From Pseudogymnoascus verrucosus (Eukaryota), in assembly GCA_001662655.1 (NCBI GenBank), contig KV460218.1: a DNA stretch of 64,000 nucleotides. One strand, given 5' to 3'. The position numbers and the translations under genes are program-made. The notes beneath the pieces were generated by a model, which worked only from the letters and a program-made list of their open reading frames with translations, did no database searches and was not told the DNA's origin. Positions 1 through 12,847 of the stretch are shown here, one piece after another (positions within the stretch are counted from its first letter, which is position 1; every line of letters begins with the position of its first letter).

Positions 1-623
1 TCTACCAACTGCCACCTCCCGCCCCTTCCCATCTCGAACAACTTCCGCGACTTCTAACCTTCCATAGCCCACAGCGGAGATTACAACCTACACTTTCCTC
101 TTCCTCTTCCGTCCCTCATCCCTCGTAAAAAAAACTCCTCCCTCCCCTCCGATATAGCTATAACCCACTAAGATTAGTCCCCTACTAGCTCAACGGCGGG
201 CGGGCAAGGCAACCCACGTGGAAAACGCCCAGCCCAGCATGTGACCCCACTTTCCCTTCGTTTCTTCCTTCCTCCCAACAATCTAATCTCCCGATTCGGT
301 GTTTCGAAACATTTGGGATCGGGAAGATGGGGGGTCACGTGAGGAGCCCCTTTGGGGGGGGTGCTGGATTGGGAAATTAGACAGATTAGACATGTTTTTA
401 GTTGGTCGTGTGTGTGTGTGGTAAGGGATTGGTAAGAAAGCCTGGAATGGCGATGCGAGGGGGGATGGATGGGATGAGGTGTCGATTTCCGACATCTGGT
501 GGCGGCGGCTAGAATTCCCTACCCAGCTGTGAGGATGATGTGGTGGTGAAAGATATCTTTCGTCAGCTCAGCGTATCGCCCACTCACTTGCCACCCCCCT
601 ATTTTCTTATTCTCCCCCTTCCT

Positions 624-662
624 CTCCCTCCTCTCCCTCCTCTCCCTCCTCTCCCTCTCCTC
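624..662. repeat. Pyrimidine-rich short tandem repeat, unit approx. CTCCTCTCC
   Basis: Imperfect 9-bp tandem units in a C/T-rich intergenic tract. Confidence 0.6.
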
Positions 663-2776
663 GCCTTCTCCCACTCTCCCTTTCCCTCCTCCCCTCACCC
701 ACTCACCCAACTCGCGCACTCACCGAACTCGCGCACTCACCCAACTCACCCCTCCATCTTACGCACAGTACCAAAAAAACGACCTATCTCACACCCCCTC
801 ACCTCCCTCGCCACAATGTCATGACACCTGTCTCACCAACCTCATCTGATCTTAGCCATGTCTCAGACCGCCCTTACTCGCCAAAGTACGCCTCACTTCC
901 ATACATACCTACTTCCATACATCCATACATACACACTTCCACCCACCTACATACACTACCACCCGCCCCGTCCGCTTCGGGAAGAGGACCAAGACCTTCA
1001 AGGAGAGACGAAGCCTCGGCGTAGACCAAGAAGAAGCGTGTATCCCGCCCCTATAACCTCTCTAGGCATACGTGCGTCGCTCGATATGGTGTTAGACTAC
1101 GAAAGGGCGGCACGATGGGCTGGATTGGGGGTGATGGCGGGATAGGTGGTCGATCCCATCCGCGGCGGCGGCGGTGGTGGTGGTGGATGCGGTGGATTGG
1201 GGGGGTCCGCTCGCTGCTGGTGCTGGTGCTACTGCTGTATCCCTGAGAGGCGTAGAATGGGGTTGTACTTCTGGCGCGGCGCTGTTGTGCTTCCGTAGCT
1301 GCCGGTGTTGATGCTACTGACGCCTACTAACACTGTATTACCATACCAACACCACTGATGCTGCTTGCTACCATTACCAACAACGCACAGAGACCCTTCC
1401 TTCCTTCCCCACGGATCCCGTTCCCGCATCGCTTACACCAGACGACCACCACGTACCACCAACCAACCGTCCTCCCAACCCACGAATGCATGCAAGAAGC
1501 CACCCACCACCCACACCCACCCAGCCAGACAACCAGATCGGGACCGCGGATAAGTAGTTGTTGCATACGCCCGCCGCGCTATGGACTCGTTAGCGCCAGG
1601 GGGGGAGATGCATAACTCCTCCCGTGTGGATGCACTATTTTAGTGTTGCTTTTTTTTGCGGGAGGAGAGAGAAGAGAAGAAGGTGAGAAGTGATGGATTG
1701 GCGGGTATGGGGGGTTGGAGTCCGCGGAGGAGGGATGGGGGGGAGGGGGGTTATGCGGTATGATGGGGGTTATGTGATATGGGGGATAGGTTACGTGGAC
1801 TGGACTGGATTGGTGATACTATGACGGTGCGTGCGTGCTGGAATGGATGGAATGGATGGGCGGCTGTAACGGGGGTGTAACTTCTGTCATTAAAGGGCGG
1901 GTTGGTGATGTTACGAGTTTGTTATATGTAGTATTTAGTTTAGTTGTTGGTGGTAGGTAGGTAAAGGGCGTATGTAGACCACGGTATCTTTAGAGAAAAT
2001 CAATAGCTAAATACGCTCAACTAGTGATTACGAATACATGCGTCTACCCGTCCGTCTGCTCCTGTAGCATAAACAAAAAAGCCCACCTGGTGGTGCTTAC
2101 TGCTTCCTGCTGGGACAGAGCAGAAGGGGGACAACAGTGTCTGTTATACCATCTAGGTAGACGGTATGTACATTTAGCAAAACTCTGGTAGGCGAAAGGA
2201 GCGAATCCTGACTAAGAATACATGTGGATACCCGCCGGATGATGACATGCTCCGCGCAAAGCACACCTGGTGCTGGGACGACAGAGAGGGATAGGGAGGG
2301 ACAGCAGGGTGTCTGTTGTGCTTTTTGCTTGGTTTCTTGGTTGCTTGGTTGCTTGGTTGCTACTAAACGGTGGTCTAGTGGGGAGTAGAGGCTGGGTACG
2401 TATGTATCTTTAGAGTGATTTGTGTGGATGGATGGGGGGAGGAGTGATTAGGGGTACATGTGTGTACCCGGGTTGGTTTTTTGTGATATGGAGACAGATG
2501 GACAGCATACATATCGCATCGGCTGGGTGTATGTCACAGTTGGGACGGTATAGAGGGACAGGTAGAGGTACATCTCGGTTGTCAGAGGGGTGTGTTTACT
2601 AGAGAGAGTAGAGTTAGATTTGTAGGGAGTTGTAGGCAATTAGTAGGGAATTAGAGGTTTTGTCTGTCTCCATCTACAGTCAATTCCCTTAATGCACACT
2701 TATGCATGTACTGGTACTTCTCCCACTCTAACCTACAGGGTTGCTTCCTCCCATTTTCTTACTTCCTCCCATTTTC

Positions 2777-2880
2777 TACTACTACACTACTAGCTACTAC
2801 TATACTACTACCAGCTACTATACTCCTACTACTACTATACTACTGGCTAGCACTACTACTAATTCCTAGCTACTATACTA
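2777..2880. repeat. Degenerate (CTA/TAC)n microsatellite
   Basis: ctactacactactagctactactatactacta... visible directly. Confidence 0.7.
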
Positions 2881-3235
2881 ATTAATTCCCAGGACAGGCA
2901 CAGGCACAATCACAAGCACAGGGCAATAAATAACACAATCTGAATAATAATCTTAGCTCCATTCATATCCAATCCATATCCATCCCTCCTTCGCCCACTC
3001 CCACTCCCACCACACATCCAACCCCCTGCCCCCCTACACCCACCCCCCTGTCACCCCTTCCACCCCTGCCATCCCCCTTCCCACTGCACTCCACATCCAC
3101 ACCCTTCACACCCCTTCCCGCCCGTGTCACACCCATCTTTCTTATCCTGCCCTCCCCTTCTTTTTCGTGACTGACATTGTCTGAGAGCCAATTTTACCTA
3201 TCCCCAAACACCCATATCCAGAACATTTTCACTTT

Positions 3236-3258
3236 ACACACACACACACACACACACA
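3236..3258. repeat. (AC)n microsatellite
   Basis: Run of ACACAC... upstream of the kinesin gene. Confidence 0.85.
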
Positions 3259-3633
3259 AAAGTCTTGCAATCATACAAGCAAAAACAAACACATCGATTC
3301 CATATCGCCACGACTGCAAACGAAACAAAAGATCCATTATAGAAACCTCAGGGGAAAACAGAACAGATAAACACACGCGCAGTACACACGTCCCTTTTAT
3401 TTTAATTTAGCGAACGCGTCGACGACAACCACCCCCTTCTTCCGACACCACCACCCCAGATAATAATACCCCCGAACCCCGAATTTCTCTCACGACATCA
3501 AAACCCTCATACCATACCCAAGCGAATCCGCGCACCCTATGCCGTCGACCTAACGACCACGACCTCTCGGAGACGAGCAACCAGATTACCAAAAATAATA
3601 CCACATACACCACCGCGCGTTTTGTTCGCCGCG

Positions 3634-6600
3634 ATGGCTACCTCTCCGCCGGGGTCGCCGGATGTGCCTGCGCAACGGCCGATGAGCGTGTTGGTGCGCC
3701 CGTCGACGAGGAGTACGAGCCGGTTGAGCATGACGGGGAAGCTTGGGGGACAAGGGGCAGGAGGGAGTAGAGCGTCGGATGAGGATGGGAAGACGAGTGT
3801 GAGAGTTGGTGAGTCGCCTACATCCCAGGGGATTTTATAATTGCAGTGGGACTGTCGTGTGGGATTATTATTATTGTTTGGAACGGGAATTGGGAGTCTA
3901 CGTATGCTAACAGATTCCAGCTATCCGCGTCAGGCCGCCGCTCCGACCAGAGGACCCAGGATACGAACTTGTGCCGCAACGATTCCAGCGATCAATGGTG
4001 CAAGTCACCTCCCCAACAAGCGTTACAATCGACTCCCCCCAAGGCCGCAAGCTCTTCGTCTTCGACCGCGTCTTCGGCGAGGACGTCAACCAAGAAGGCG
4101 TCTGGGAATACCTCACCGAGAGCGTCAACGCCTTCGTCCAGGGCTACAACGTCTCCATGCTCGCCTACGGCCAGTCAGGAGCTGGGAAATCATACACCAT
4201 GGGAACATCCGGCCCCGACGACCAGGGCGACATGGATGTCATGGGTGAGTCGACAGGTGCTATTCTCTCACACCCTATTTTCATGGCGCAAGTCGACCCC
4301 GCTGGCCTTACATGCTGACACGTACCCTAGGTGTGATCCCACGCGCTGCCGCTGCGCTGTTTGAGAAACTCGAAGGCCCGAAACCAGCGAGCAACCGCGA
4401 CTCCATGTCCGCCCTGCGCGCGCCGAAGAGGTATTCCGCGCAACCCGGCGCGTATGCCGGGAAGCCCGCCGAGAAGAACTGGACGCTGAAGGCGACGTAT
4501 GTCGAGATTTATAATGAGCAGCTGCGCGATCTGCTGGTGCCGGAGCATGTGCCCATGGCGGAGCGGGGACAGGTCTCGATTCGCGAGGATACGAAGGGGC
4601 ATATTTTGCTGACGGGACTGCATGCCGTGGATGTTAATTCGGTGGAGGATCTGCTTAATGCGTTGAATTTCGGGTCCATGATTAGGCAGACGGATTCTAC
4701 GGCCATAAACGCTAAGTCGTCTCGCTCGCATGCGGTTTTCAGTTTGAATCTCGTGCAGCGCAAGAGTAGCACTGGTGGCCCGACGCCGAAGTCTGAGAAG
4801 CGATTCTCGGTCCCGCTTGAGGCTATGACTGGATCGGAGAGCTGGGTTACAATTGATAGCAAGTTCCACTTCGTCGATCTGGCTGGTAGCGAACGTCTCA
4901 AGAATACTGGTGCGCAGGGCGAGCGAGCTAAGGAGGGAATCTCCATCAACGCCGGACTCGCCAGTTTAGGCAAAGTCATCTCGCAACTCTCCTCCCGCCA
5001 AGCAGGATCGCACGTCTCATATCGTGATTCGAAGCTCACGCGCATGCTCCAGGACTCGCTGGGAGGCAACGCAATCACCTACATGGTTGCCTGCGTTACG
5101 CCAGCCGAGTTCCATCTCAGCGAGACCCTCAACACAGTCCAGTACGCCCAGCGCGCCCGCGCTATCCAGAGCAAACCCCGCATCCAGCAGGTCTCAGACG
5201 AGACAGACAAGCAAGCCCTCATCGACCGCCTCAAGGCTGAGGTCGCCTTCCTGCGCGAGCAAATCCGCAGCTCAGACCGTAACGACAACCCTGCATCACA
5301 TGGAGGAACTACAAGCGCACGCTCTGATCGCCGTAATGACGCGGAGATTGATCTCCAGAACCAGCTCTTGGATAGCCAGGAGAGCTACAATGCGCTTAGC
5401 TCGCGCCACGCCAAGCTCATCTCTGAGATGACCAAGGCGCGCGATACGGAGATAGCGGAGAATGCGACGAAGGAGGAGAACCTTGGCGATCGCGCGACGG
5501 AGAGGCTGCAGCGCTCGAATGCGTTTGCGGAGGCTGTTGAGCAGGTTGTGCTGGAGTACGAGGAGACGATCCGTAGCCTTGAGCAATCGCTGTCTAGCAC
5601 GCGCGCGTCGCTGTCGAATACGGAGACTACTCTTCTCGAGCGCGAGACTAAGTGCGCGTACATCGAGACGGTGAACTCGCAGCTCCAAGCCCGCCTACAA
5701 AAGCTTATGGACCGCGAGGCGAGCACGGAGAATTACCTCCATGATCTCGAGATTAAGCTTGATGGCCACACGAGCGGAGAGGAGAAGAACTCGGCCATCG
5801 TGGCTGAGCTGAGGAAGGAGATCGCGAGGGTTAGGGAGAATGAGGCCAGCTGCGAGGATTACATCTCTACTCTCGAAGAGCGTCTCGCTGAGTCCGACTC
5901 CGATGCCGAGGTCATGCGCCGCGAGATCGAGCGTCTCGAGCACGTCGTCGAGCGCCAACGCAGCTTAGGCAAACTCGACAAACTCCTGTACGAACTCGAT
6001 AGCGTGCGTCAAGGTGAGGCCACCGCCGAGACACCCGCCCCCGCCACCACCAACGGCAAGATCCCGCATTCCCGCAACATGAGCTACGCTAGCAGACACG
6101 GCCAATCCGAGGTCATCCACGAGCGCGACGAGATTGAAGGCTCTGAACCCCGCTCTCTCGACGATGAAGAGGAGGAGGAGGAGGAGGGACGCCGCACCCC
6201 CAATGACGTCCCAGCACTCAGCCCAGATGGCAGCACGCACTCTGAAACCGACGGCCCCGTCGACAACGGCGAGCCCCTCGACGCGGACGAGGCATCCACC
6301 CCCTCCGACACACGCGCGCGCACCCCCACTTTAAGCCGCAAACCCACCATCGACGTCGTGACAGCCGAGCTTCTCGACCTCCGCATGACTCACGAGTCCA
6401 CAGTGAGCGAATACGAGAACCTAGCAGCTAAATACGAAGAAGCGCTCCGCGCGCTCGCCGAGCTCCAAGACGTCGTCGAGGAGGGTCGCCAGCCATACGG
6501 GAACGCGAAGAGGGATAGCATGTTATCTGCCGCGACGCCGGCGCAGACGCGCCCGACTTCTTTTTTAGCCGTTGGAGATTCCGCGGGAGAGGCGCAGTCG

Positions 6601-9474
6601 AGATCGCTCTCGTCGGAGTTGTTCTTGGTTGGGGAGTCGCCCTCGTTGATTGCGCATGCGTCTGAGGGCGGGGAGGGTGCGGTTGTTCCTGTTCCCCACG
6701 CTGAGGAGGAGCGTGCGGTTGAGGAGGAGCAGCAGCAGCAGCTGAGGAGCGTCAGTGTACAAGATGAAGCTATTGCTGCTGAAGTCGAGAGTCTTCGCGC
6801 CCTCGCCGCTGAGCGGGAAGCCGCACAGCTCGAGCTGGCGGAGAAATACGCGCAGCTTGAGGAACAGCATGCAGAGACGCTGGATGTGGTCGAGGAACTC
6901 AAGACGGAGGTGCACAAGGCGAAGATGGACATGGTCCCCAAGTCACCCAAAACCGTCAGCCCCGTCATCCGCCGCAAGTCGAGCCAGGGCATGATGATCA
7001 TCGACCGCGCGCACCGCTCCTTCGCGTCCCTCCGCAACATCGCCTCCGAGCACTTCGAGGCGCAGCCGGATGTGATGCAGAATTTCGAACTTAACCTCAA
7101 CGCTGCGATGCATGAGCTGCATACGCGCTCGGAGCGGGTGCAGGAGCTCGAGGCGGATATGTTGGGAGTGAAGAAGGAGATGGAGAGTAAGATGTCGATT
7201 ATCTCGGGGTTGACGAGGGAGAGGAGTAGTATTAGTCAGGCCCCGATTGATATGTCGGCGCTTAGTCGCATGCAGGAACAGATAATGAGGAGTGAGAATG
7301 AGTTGAGGGTGCAGCAGGAGGTGCATGCTAAGAGGGAGGCGGAGTTGGGTGAGGAGGTGGAGGGATTGAGGAGGGCGATTAAGGAGGCGGGTGTTAAGCC
7401 TGCGCCTGCTGCTGCTGTTTCTGCTGCTGCTGCGAGTGTTGCGGCGAAGGATGTCGAGGCTGAGTCGACTGAGCGCTCGGTGCCGACGGAGGAGCAGGAG
7501 AGTGCTAAGGCGGAGCAAGATGGAGCCAACGCTGAGCGCGAGAGCAGGATTGCAGAGCTAGAAGACGAGCTGAAGAACTGGGAGGGCAGACACCAGGAGG
7601 CCCTCCAGTCGATGCAAGGAAGCGAGAGGCAGCTACAAGACACCATCACCAAGCTCGAGAACCAAATCAAGGCCGTCCAGCGCGACAACGAGATTGCCAC
7701 CGCCGCCGCGGCCGCCGCAGCAGCTACAGCCGTTGCAGCAGCCGGAGCAGCCGTCGTCGTCTCAACCCGCGAGCCCGAGCCAGAGAAGGAAGTTGAACGC
7801 GGTATCCCCGTCGAGGAATTCGAGGCCCAACAAGCACAGCACGAAGAGCGCGTGTCGAGCCTGCAGAAGGAGATCGACGAGCACCGCTCTGCTGTCCAAG
7901 CGAGCGCATCTCAGATCGCCCAGCTGGAAGAGGCGCACGCGCTGACAAAGTCGCAGCTCGCTGATACGGCGAAGGCGCGTGATCTCACTGCCGCCGAGGC
8001 AGAGGAGCACAAGTCCCTCGTGTCAAGGCTTTCGGAGCAGATTTCCGCGCATGAGGGTGTGGTGAAGGCTCACCAGGATGGGTTGGCTGAACTGCACGCT
8101 AGCCATGCGAGGGAGGTGGAGGAGGTTAGGGAGAGCGGGAAGGCGGAGCAGGAGGTTGTGCTGTCGAATCTGGCGGCGGAGCATCAGGTGAGTCTTGAGG
8201 CTATGAATAAGGAGCTCATGGATGCCCGTGAGGGGCTCATCAGCGCTGCTGAGAAGGTCGCTGCTGCTCTTGGGGTTGAAGCTAGCGTCGACGCGCTGGA
8301 AGACCGCATCGCCGAGTTGGCGACCGCCCATGCTGCGTTAGCCGGCGAGAAGACCCGCGCAGCAGAGATGGAAAGCCACGTCCTCGACTTGTCATCCATA
8401 AACGACAAGGTAATGAAGGAGCTCGAGACCGTCAAGTCCGAGCTCGCCACCCTCCTCTCCACCACCACCGCCTTCGCCGCCGTCCCCACCGCCGCTCACA
8501 CAACCGTCAAGGAGCAACTCGAAGTCCTCCGCGCCGAGATGTCGGCCCTCGAGACCAAGAACAAGAAAAACTCCCGCCTGGTAGAAGAACTCGAGGACCA
8601 ACTCGCCGCGAACTTCGACCAGCACCAAGCCGCCCACAACCGCCTCAGCACCCTCCAAAGCGAGCGCAATTCCCAGCTCGACGAGGCGAATGCCGCCAGA
8701 GCGCGCGTCGAGCAGGAGCTCAACGCCGTCAGGGAGGAGTACACAGCACTCCAGGTGAGTAGTCCCCGCAGCTCTCGCGCGCAGGGCGCCGGAAGCTGGA
8801 CGGGCGCTGATGCCGTCTCACAGGCGAAGCTGGATGAGATCGCCCTCTCTGACAACACGGCCGGGGCGCGCACATCCAACAGCAGCAGCTCGACCATCCG
8901 CAAGACGTCGAGCGTGCAATCGCTCATCCCGTCGCCGCCTCCCGCTGGGCCCTTGCCGCCGATCCCGCATATTTCGATCCCGCCGAACTCCCTGTCTCTG
9001 TCAGCGCCGCTGAGCCCGAAGGACGCGACGCTCGCGCTGGCGCAGATGCAGGAGGATCAGGAGGCGAAGATTAGGAGTATTGAGAAGCATCTTAGCGCTG
9101 AGAAGCAGCTTACGGCTACGCTGGAGGAGGCGCTCACGGATCTGGAGAGGCAGAGTAATAAGGTTAAGGCTGAGGCGGAGGCGTGGAGGAGGCGCGCTAT
9201 GGAGGCTGAGGCTGCGAAACGCGGGGGGGAGGAGGCGAAGAGGAGACTGGAGGAGCAGAGTCGGAAGTTGGAGGAGCAGGTTGCTGAGGCGAAGGTTAGG
9301 GAGTTGGAGAGGGTGAAGAGCGATGCGGGCGGGGGGGAGGCGAGGTGGAGTATTCAGAGAGGGGAGGCGGAGAGGAGGAAGAGGGGCGAGGCGGAACGGG
9401 TGACGAAGCAGTTGGAGGAGAGGATGGGGAAGGTGGCGAGTAAGAAGAAGAAGGGGAGCTTGAATTGCTTCTAG
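3634..9474 (+). CDS. Kinesin motor protein, kinesin-4 (KIF4/KIF21/chromokinesin)-like, with long coiled-coil tail
   Basis: Exons 3634-3808, 3921-4244, 4331-8754, 8824-9474 with GT-AG introns. Motifs VAIRVRPP, P-loop AYGQSGAGKSYT, NAKSSRSH, FVDLAGSER, HVSYRDSKLTRMLQDSLGGN, ETLNTVQYAQRAR. Confidence 0.95.
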
Positions 9475-10648
9475 TCTTCTTCTTTCTTTCCTTCTGACTT
9501 CCCTCTTCCCTCCCTTTCATGTCGATCTTCTGACTTCCTTCTGATACCCCCCCTTTTTCTGTTTCTTCTAATGACCCGGGGATGGGAGTGGGGGGGGTTG
9601 TATGGATGTACGCGTTTATGTATACACCTTTTGTTTTTTCATCTGCGAAATTGTGGATCGTCTTTTATCTATTTCACGCTCTGTTGGTCGATGCGCGATG
9701 CGAAATATATCTATCTGGCTTCGGAGCAGGGGGTGGGGGATCTTTAGTTTTTTTTTTTTTGTTACATTTATGGTTTCTTAGTTTTTTTGGGGGTGGAGAG
9801 AGTGGGGGGAGATAGGATGAATGAAGAATCTTCGTTTCTTGATCGTTAACTGTGCTTGTGCCTGTGCCTTTTGGATGTGAGTGATTGTGTGGGGAGGGGT
9901 GTGATGTGCAAGCTGTCGATGAGACTCGTGCTGCCCAAGACGTAAGGTCTTGTCATTGTTGGCTGAAGAAGCCATTACCACGGCTTCTTCGCTATGGTGG
10001 TGAGTATTATGAAGGTTGGATCATCCTGCGGCGCTAGGACAATCCTCCCTTGGCAAAGACGAGTATCCCGCCCTGCAACGCGCGTGTGTCTCCCATCGTG
10101 CACCCTAACTTCAGTCTAGGCTATAGATTAGAGGTAATCATTGCCCGTTGCCGTGATGCCTCCTCTTCCTTCCGCGTCACGACCCGCTTCCGCTACAGCC
10201 TCGAGGGCGTGATAAGGACTTACGTCGACAATTTCGCGGTGGTTCTTAGGTGGACTTCCAGAAAGGATGGGGGGGGAGGAGGTCGAGAAAAGGGGTGGGA
10301 TGGGTAATGGGAGGTGGGTGAGGGGGGGGGGGAGGATGGGGAGCGCCATGGTTCTATATTTTTGTGTATCAGAGAAGAATACTACATATTGCGCCTACGA
10401 GCAATTACCTTTGTTTTACATCTGTAAATAAGTGATTAAAGTGTTCTGGATTAGTTTATAGAAGTCCACAGACAGTACAGTCCCACATAGACACTTTACG
10501 GAATGCTGTATTGTCTGTAGTTAGTGAATGGAACACAACAATATGACCTGCCACCTGGGCTTCTGTTATACCGATTACCGAGTAATACGATCGAATCTAT
10601 TACTTCAAATCGCTAGAATCAATCAATCAATCAATCTAGAGCATCTAT

Positions 10649-12847
10649 CTATATACCTTCCCTAGGCCTCGTAAACGTCGTCACTTCGTAAAACTCCTCC
10701 GCCCCCCGCACCTCGTGCGCAACATCCACCTCCCTCAGCCCCACCGCACCAAACTCAAACCAATACCCCGTCCTATAATCGTCCTCAACACGCAACCCCG
10801 TCGCCCGCGCCGTGCAAGGTTCCTCTTCACACCCTACTGGAGAGAACTCGATCTCATGGGCGCGAAACAGCGCCACCCCGTCACTAGGATTGACAGCCCA
10901 CACACTTATCCTATCCGTCTTCTCGACGTAGCGATACACCGAGCGCCGCGACTCTGGTGACACTTGGCCGTCGGCGGCGGAGGTCAAGTCGCCGTCCTCG
11001 ATATACAGGTACTCCAGATCCACGCCCTCCATCGTCGGCGCGCGAGGGTGGAAAGTCGCAGTCCCTTCGAAGGAGCCGGATAGCGTAGGAGGCGTAAGAC
11101 TACTATGCACCCTGCGCTCGATGTCCCACAGCCCCTGTAAAGCGCGGAATGCGGCACGGGCTCTGAATTTGCCATTCACGCAGGCGTCGATGGTTGTCTT
11201 TAGGTCTTGCATCGTCGCTATGGCTTCTTCGTGGGCGTCTGTGCTGGCTAGGTAGCGTGCTGGACTTATAGGCCCTGTCCCTGCGTCGGGAAAGGGGGAG
11301 TCGTTGCGTGTGAGTCCGAGCGAGGAGGAGATTTCGGAGAGATAGCCGATGTAATCGCTGAACCAGTATTGTGGGATGTCAGGTCTACGATCCCTCATCG
11401 CCTGGCGTAGTGAGCGGAGCCGTTCGAGCGATTCATCGGGGTGGATTGGGATTTCTACTCTCTCGGACCATCGGGCGGCGAGGAGACGCGCTTGCATCTC
11501 CATTACGCCCCAGTACGGGCCTTCGTAGAAACCTATGAAACCCAGATCGGGAACGGCGGGGTTGAGCGTCTGATAGTTCTGTAGGAGGATGGGGAGGCGG
11601 GCGGAGGTTTCGTCGTACTCAAGGGCTTCCTTGATTTCTGGGCTGAGGAAAGAGAGGGCTGCTGTGGGAGTGTAGCCGTTGGCGATGACGGAGGCGCCGA
11701 TTTTGGGAATGAGTGCTTCAGCTCCGTCGTTGGTAGCTACAATTGCAGACACTGTGCTTGCATCCTGCTCTTTATACCCACTAACTCGCCCAGCGACGGG
11801 GATAATAAGACCAGAGCGCACGAACTCAGCGTAGCTCTCGCTCAGCGTCGCATATGGGGTCGTCTTCTCTTTGGTAACCAGCGCCTCCGCACCGAGATCC
11901 TTCTGCTCTCCAACCATGCCGTAGACGGCATAATACCGCGTTGCTGTGGCTTCTGGGTCTAGAGGCCCGGAGCTGGATACTATTGGGCCTGGTTGACGCC
12001 ACTTTAGGTCGTAGAAACTGAGATCGAGTGGCTTGAAAGTGTTGAGGATGCCGCCGGGGATGTAGGGAGGGATGGCGTAGAGGGGTCGTGGTGTTACGTG
12101 GTATACTTTCATGCCTTCGAACCTATTTCTGTGGGTAGATGGATTTGGGCTGTACTGCGACGAGGAGAGCTGGAAAGCTATATTGCTAGCAACCTCGCCG
12201 GCTGAGTTCCCCCCGCCGTAAACCAAGATGTGCTTGCCGGTATGAAAGCTTTGATCGGTGAAGAGGTCATCTAGTTCTCGAAACTGGGACGTATGCACCT
12301 CTTTCACCGTTTTCGATGGCGGGATCAAACGGCTTGGGATGCTAGGCTTAGAGAAAAATCCAGCAGCGTTGATCACGTAGTCGAAGTATGCCGTCTCCTG
12401 CTTCGTGTTTGCTCCAGCCGAATCTCCTGGCTCTGGACCGCCGACCTTGGTTTCTGCCACAACCTTCCACTGATGACCACCATCCTGTTCTACGCGATCG
12501 GCGCTGATAACGCGGTGTCTGAATTTAAACGTGCTACTCGGCACGTATCTATCCCTATAGAGCTCGAGGTATTGTCCGACTTGCGCAGCAGCGGGGAACA
12601 TCGGCACGTGGTCCCCAGTCCCCAAAGATTGCCATGACAAGTCTGAGAAGCCAACCGTGAACTTGCTGAGGTTTGTTGGTGTGCGAGGGCTTAGATATCC
12701 ATCAGACTCTGACTGCTTGGGAAAGGCCCATATTCCTCCGACCTTGTCATCTTTCTCGTAAACTGTGACTCTGAACCCATTTTGGAGGAATGTCTTGGCT
12801 GCGACGAGCCCGCCAGGTCCAGCACCGATGATACACACGGATTTCAT
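10649..12847 (-). CDS. FAD/NAD(P)-dependent oxidoreductase (FMO-like) with C-terminal DUF6314-like domain
   Basis: Intronless. First ATG at 12847 (MKSVCIIGAGPGG, Rossmann motif), VGGIW, FMO-like EVHTSQF, second motif GGGNSAGE. C-terminal GLWDIERRVHS...FEGTATFHPR...YLYIEDG resembles DUF6314 from memory. Confidence 0.85.
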   Translation of the reverse strand: MKSVCIIGAGPGGLVAAKTFLQNGFRVTVYEKDDKVGGIWAFPKQSESDGYLSPRTPTNLSKFTVGFSDLSWQSLGTGDHVPMFPAAAQVGQYLELYRDRYVPSSTFKFRHRVISADRVEQDGGHQWKVVAETKVGGPEPGDSAGANTKQETAYFDYVINAAGFFSKPSIPSRLIPPSKTVKEVHTSQFRELDDLFTDQSFHTGKHILVYGGGNSAGEVASNIAFQLSSSQYSPNPSTHRNRFEGMKVYHVTPRPLYAIPPYIPGGILNTFKPLDLSFYDLKWRQPGPIVSSSGPLDPEATATRYYAVYGMVGEQKDLGAEALVTKEKTTPYATLSESYAEFVRSGLIIPVAGRVSGYKEQDASTVSAIVATNDGAEALIPKIGASVIANGYTPTAALSFLSPEIKEALEYDETSARLPILLQNYQTLNPAVPDLGFIGFYEGPYWGVMEMQARLLAARWSERVEIPIHPDESLERLRSLRQAMRDRRPDIPQYWFSDYIGYLSEISSSLGLTRNDSPFPDAGTGPISPARYLASTDAHEEAIATMQDLKTTIDACVNGKFRARAAFRALQGLWDIERRVHSSLTPPTLSGSFEGTATFHPRAPTMEGVDLEYLYIEDGDLTSAADGQVSPESRRSVYRYVEKTDRISVWAVNPSDGVALFRAHEIEFSPVGCEEEPCTARATGLRVEDDYRTGYWFEFGAVGLREVDVAHEVRGAEEFYEVTTFTRPREGI

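Noticed and set aside
2083..2320. Degenerate direct repeat (CACCTGGTG...GCTGGGAC...GTGTCTGTT) at about 2085 and 2264
   Set aside because: Short, gapped and in slippage-prone intergenic DNA; no functional signature
283..3613. Many 60-95 aa ORFs
   Set aside because: Translations of low-complexity purine/pyrimidine tracts and microsatellites; no motifs
4327..9520. Overlapping antisense and alternative-frame ORFs in the kinesin gene
   Set aside because: Expected by-product of GC-rich coding sequence
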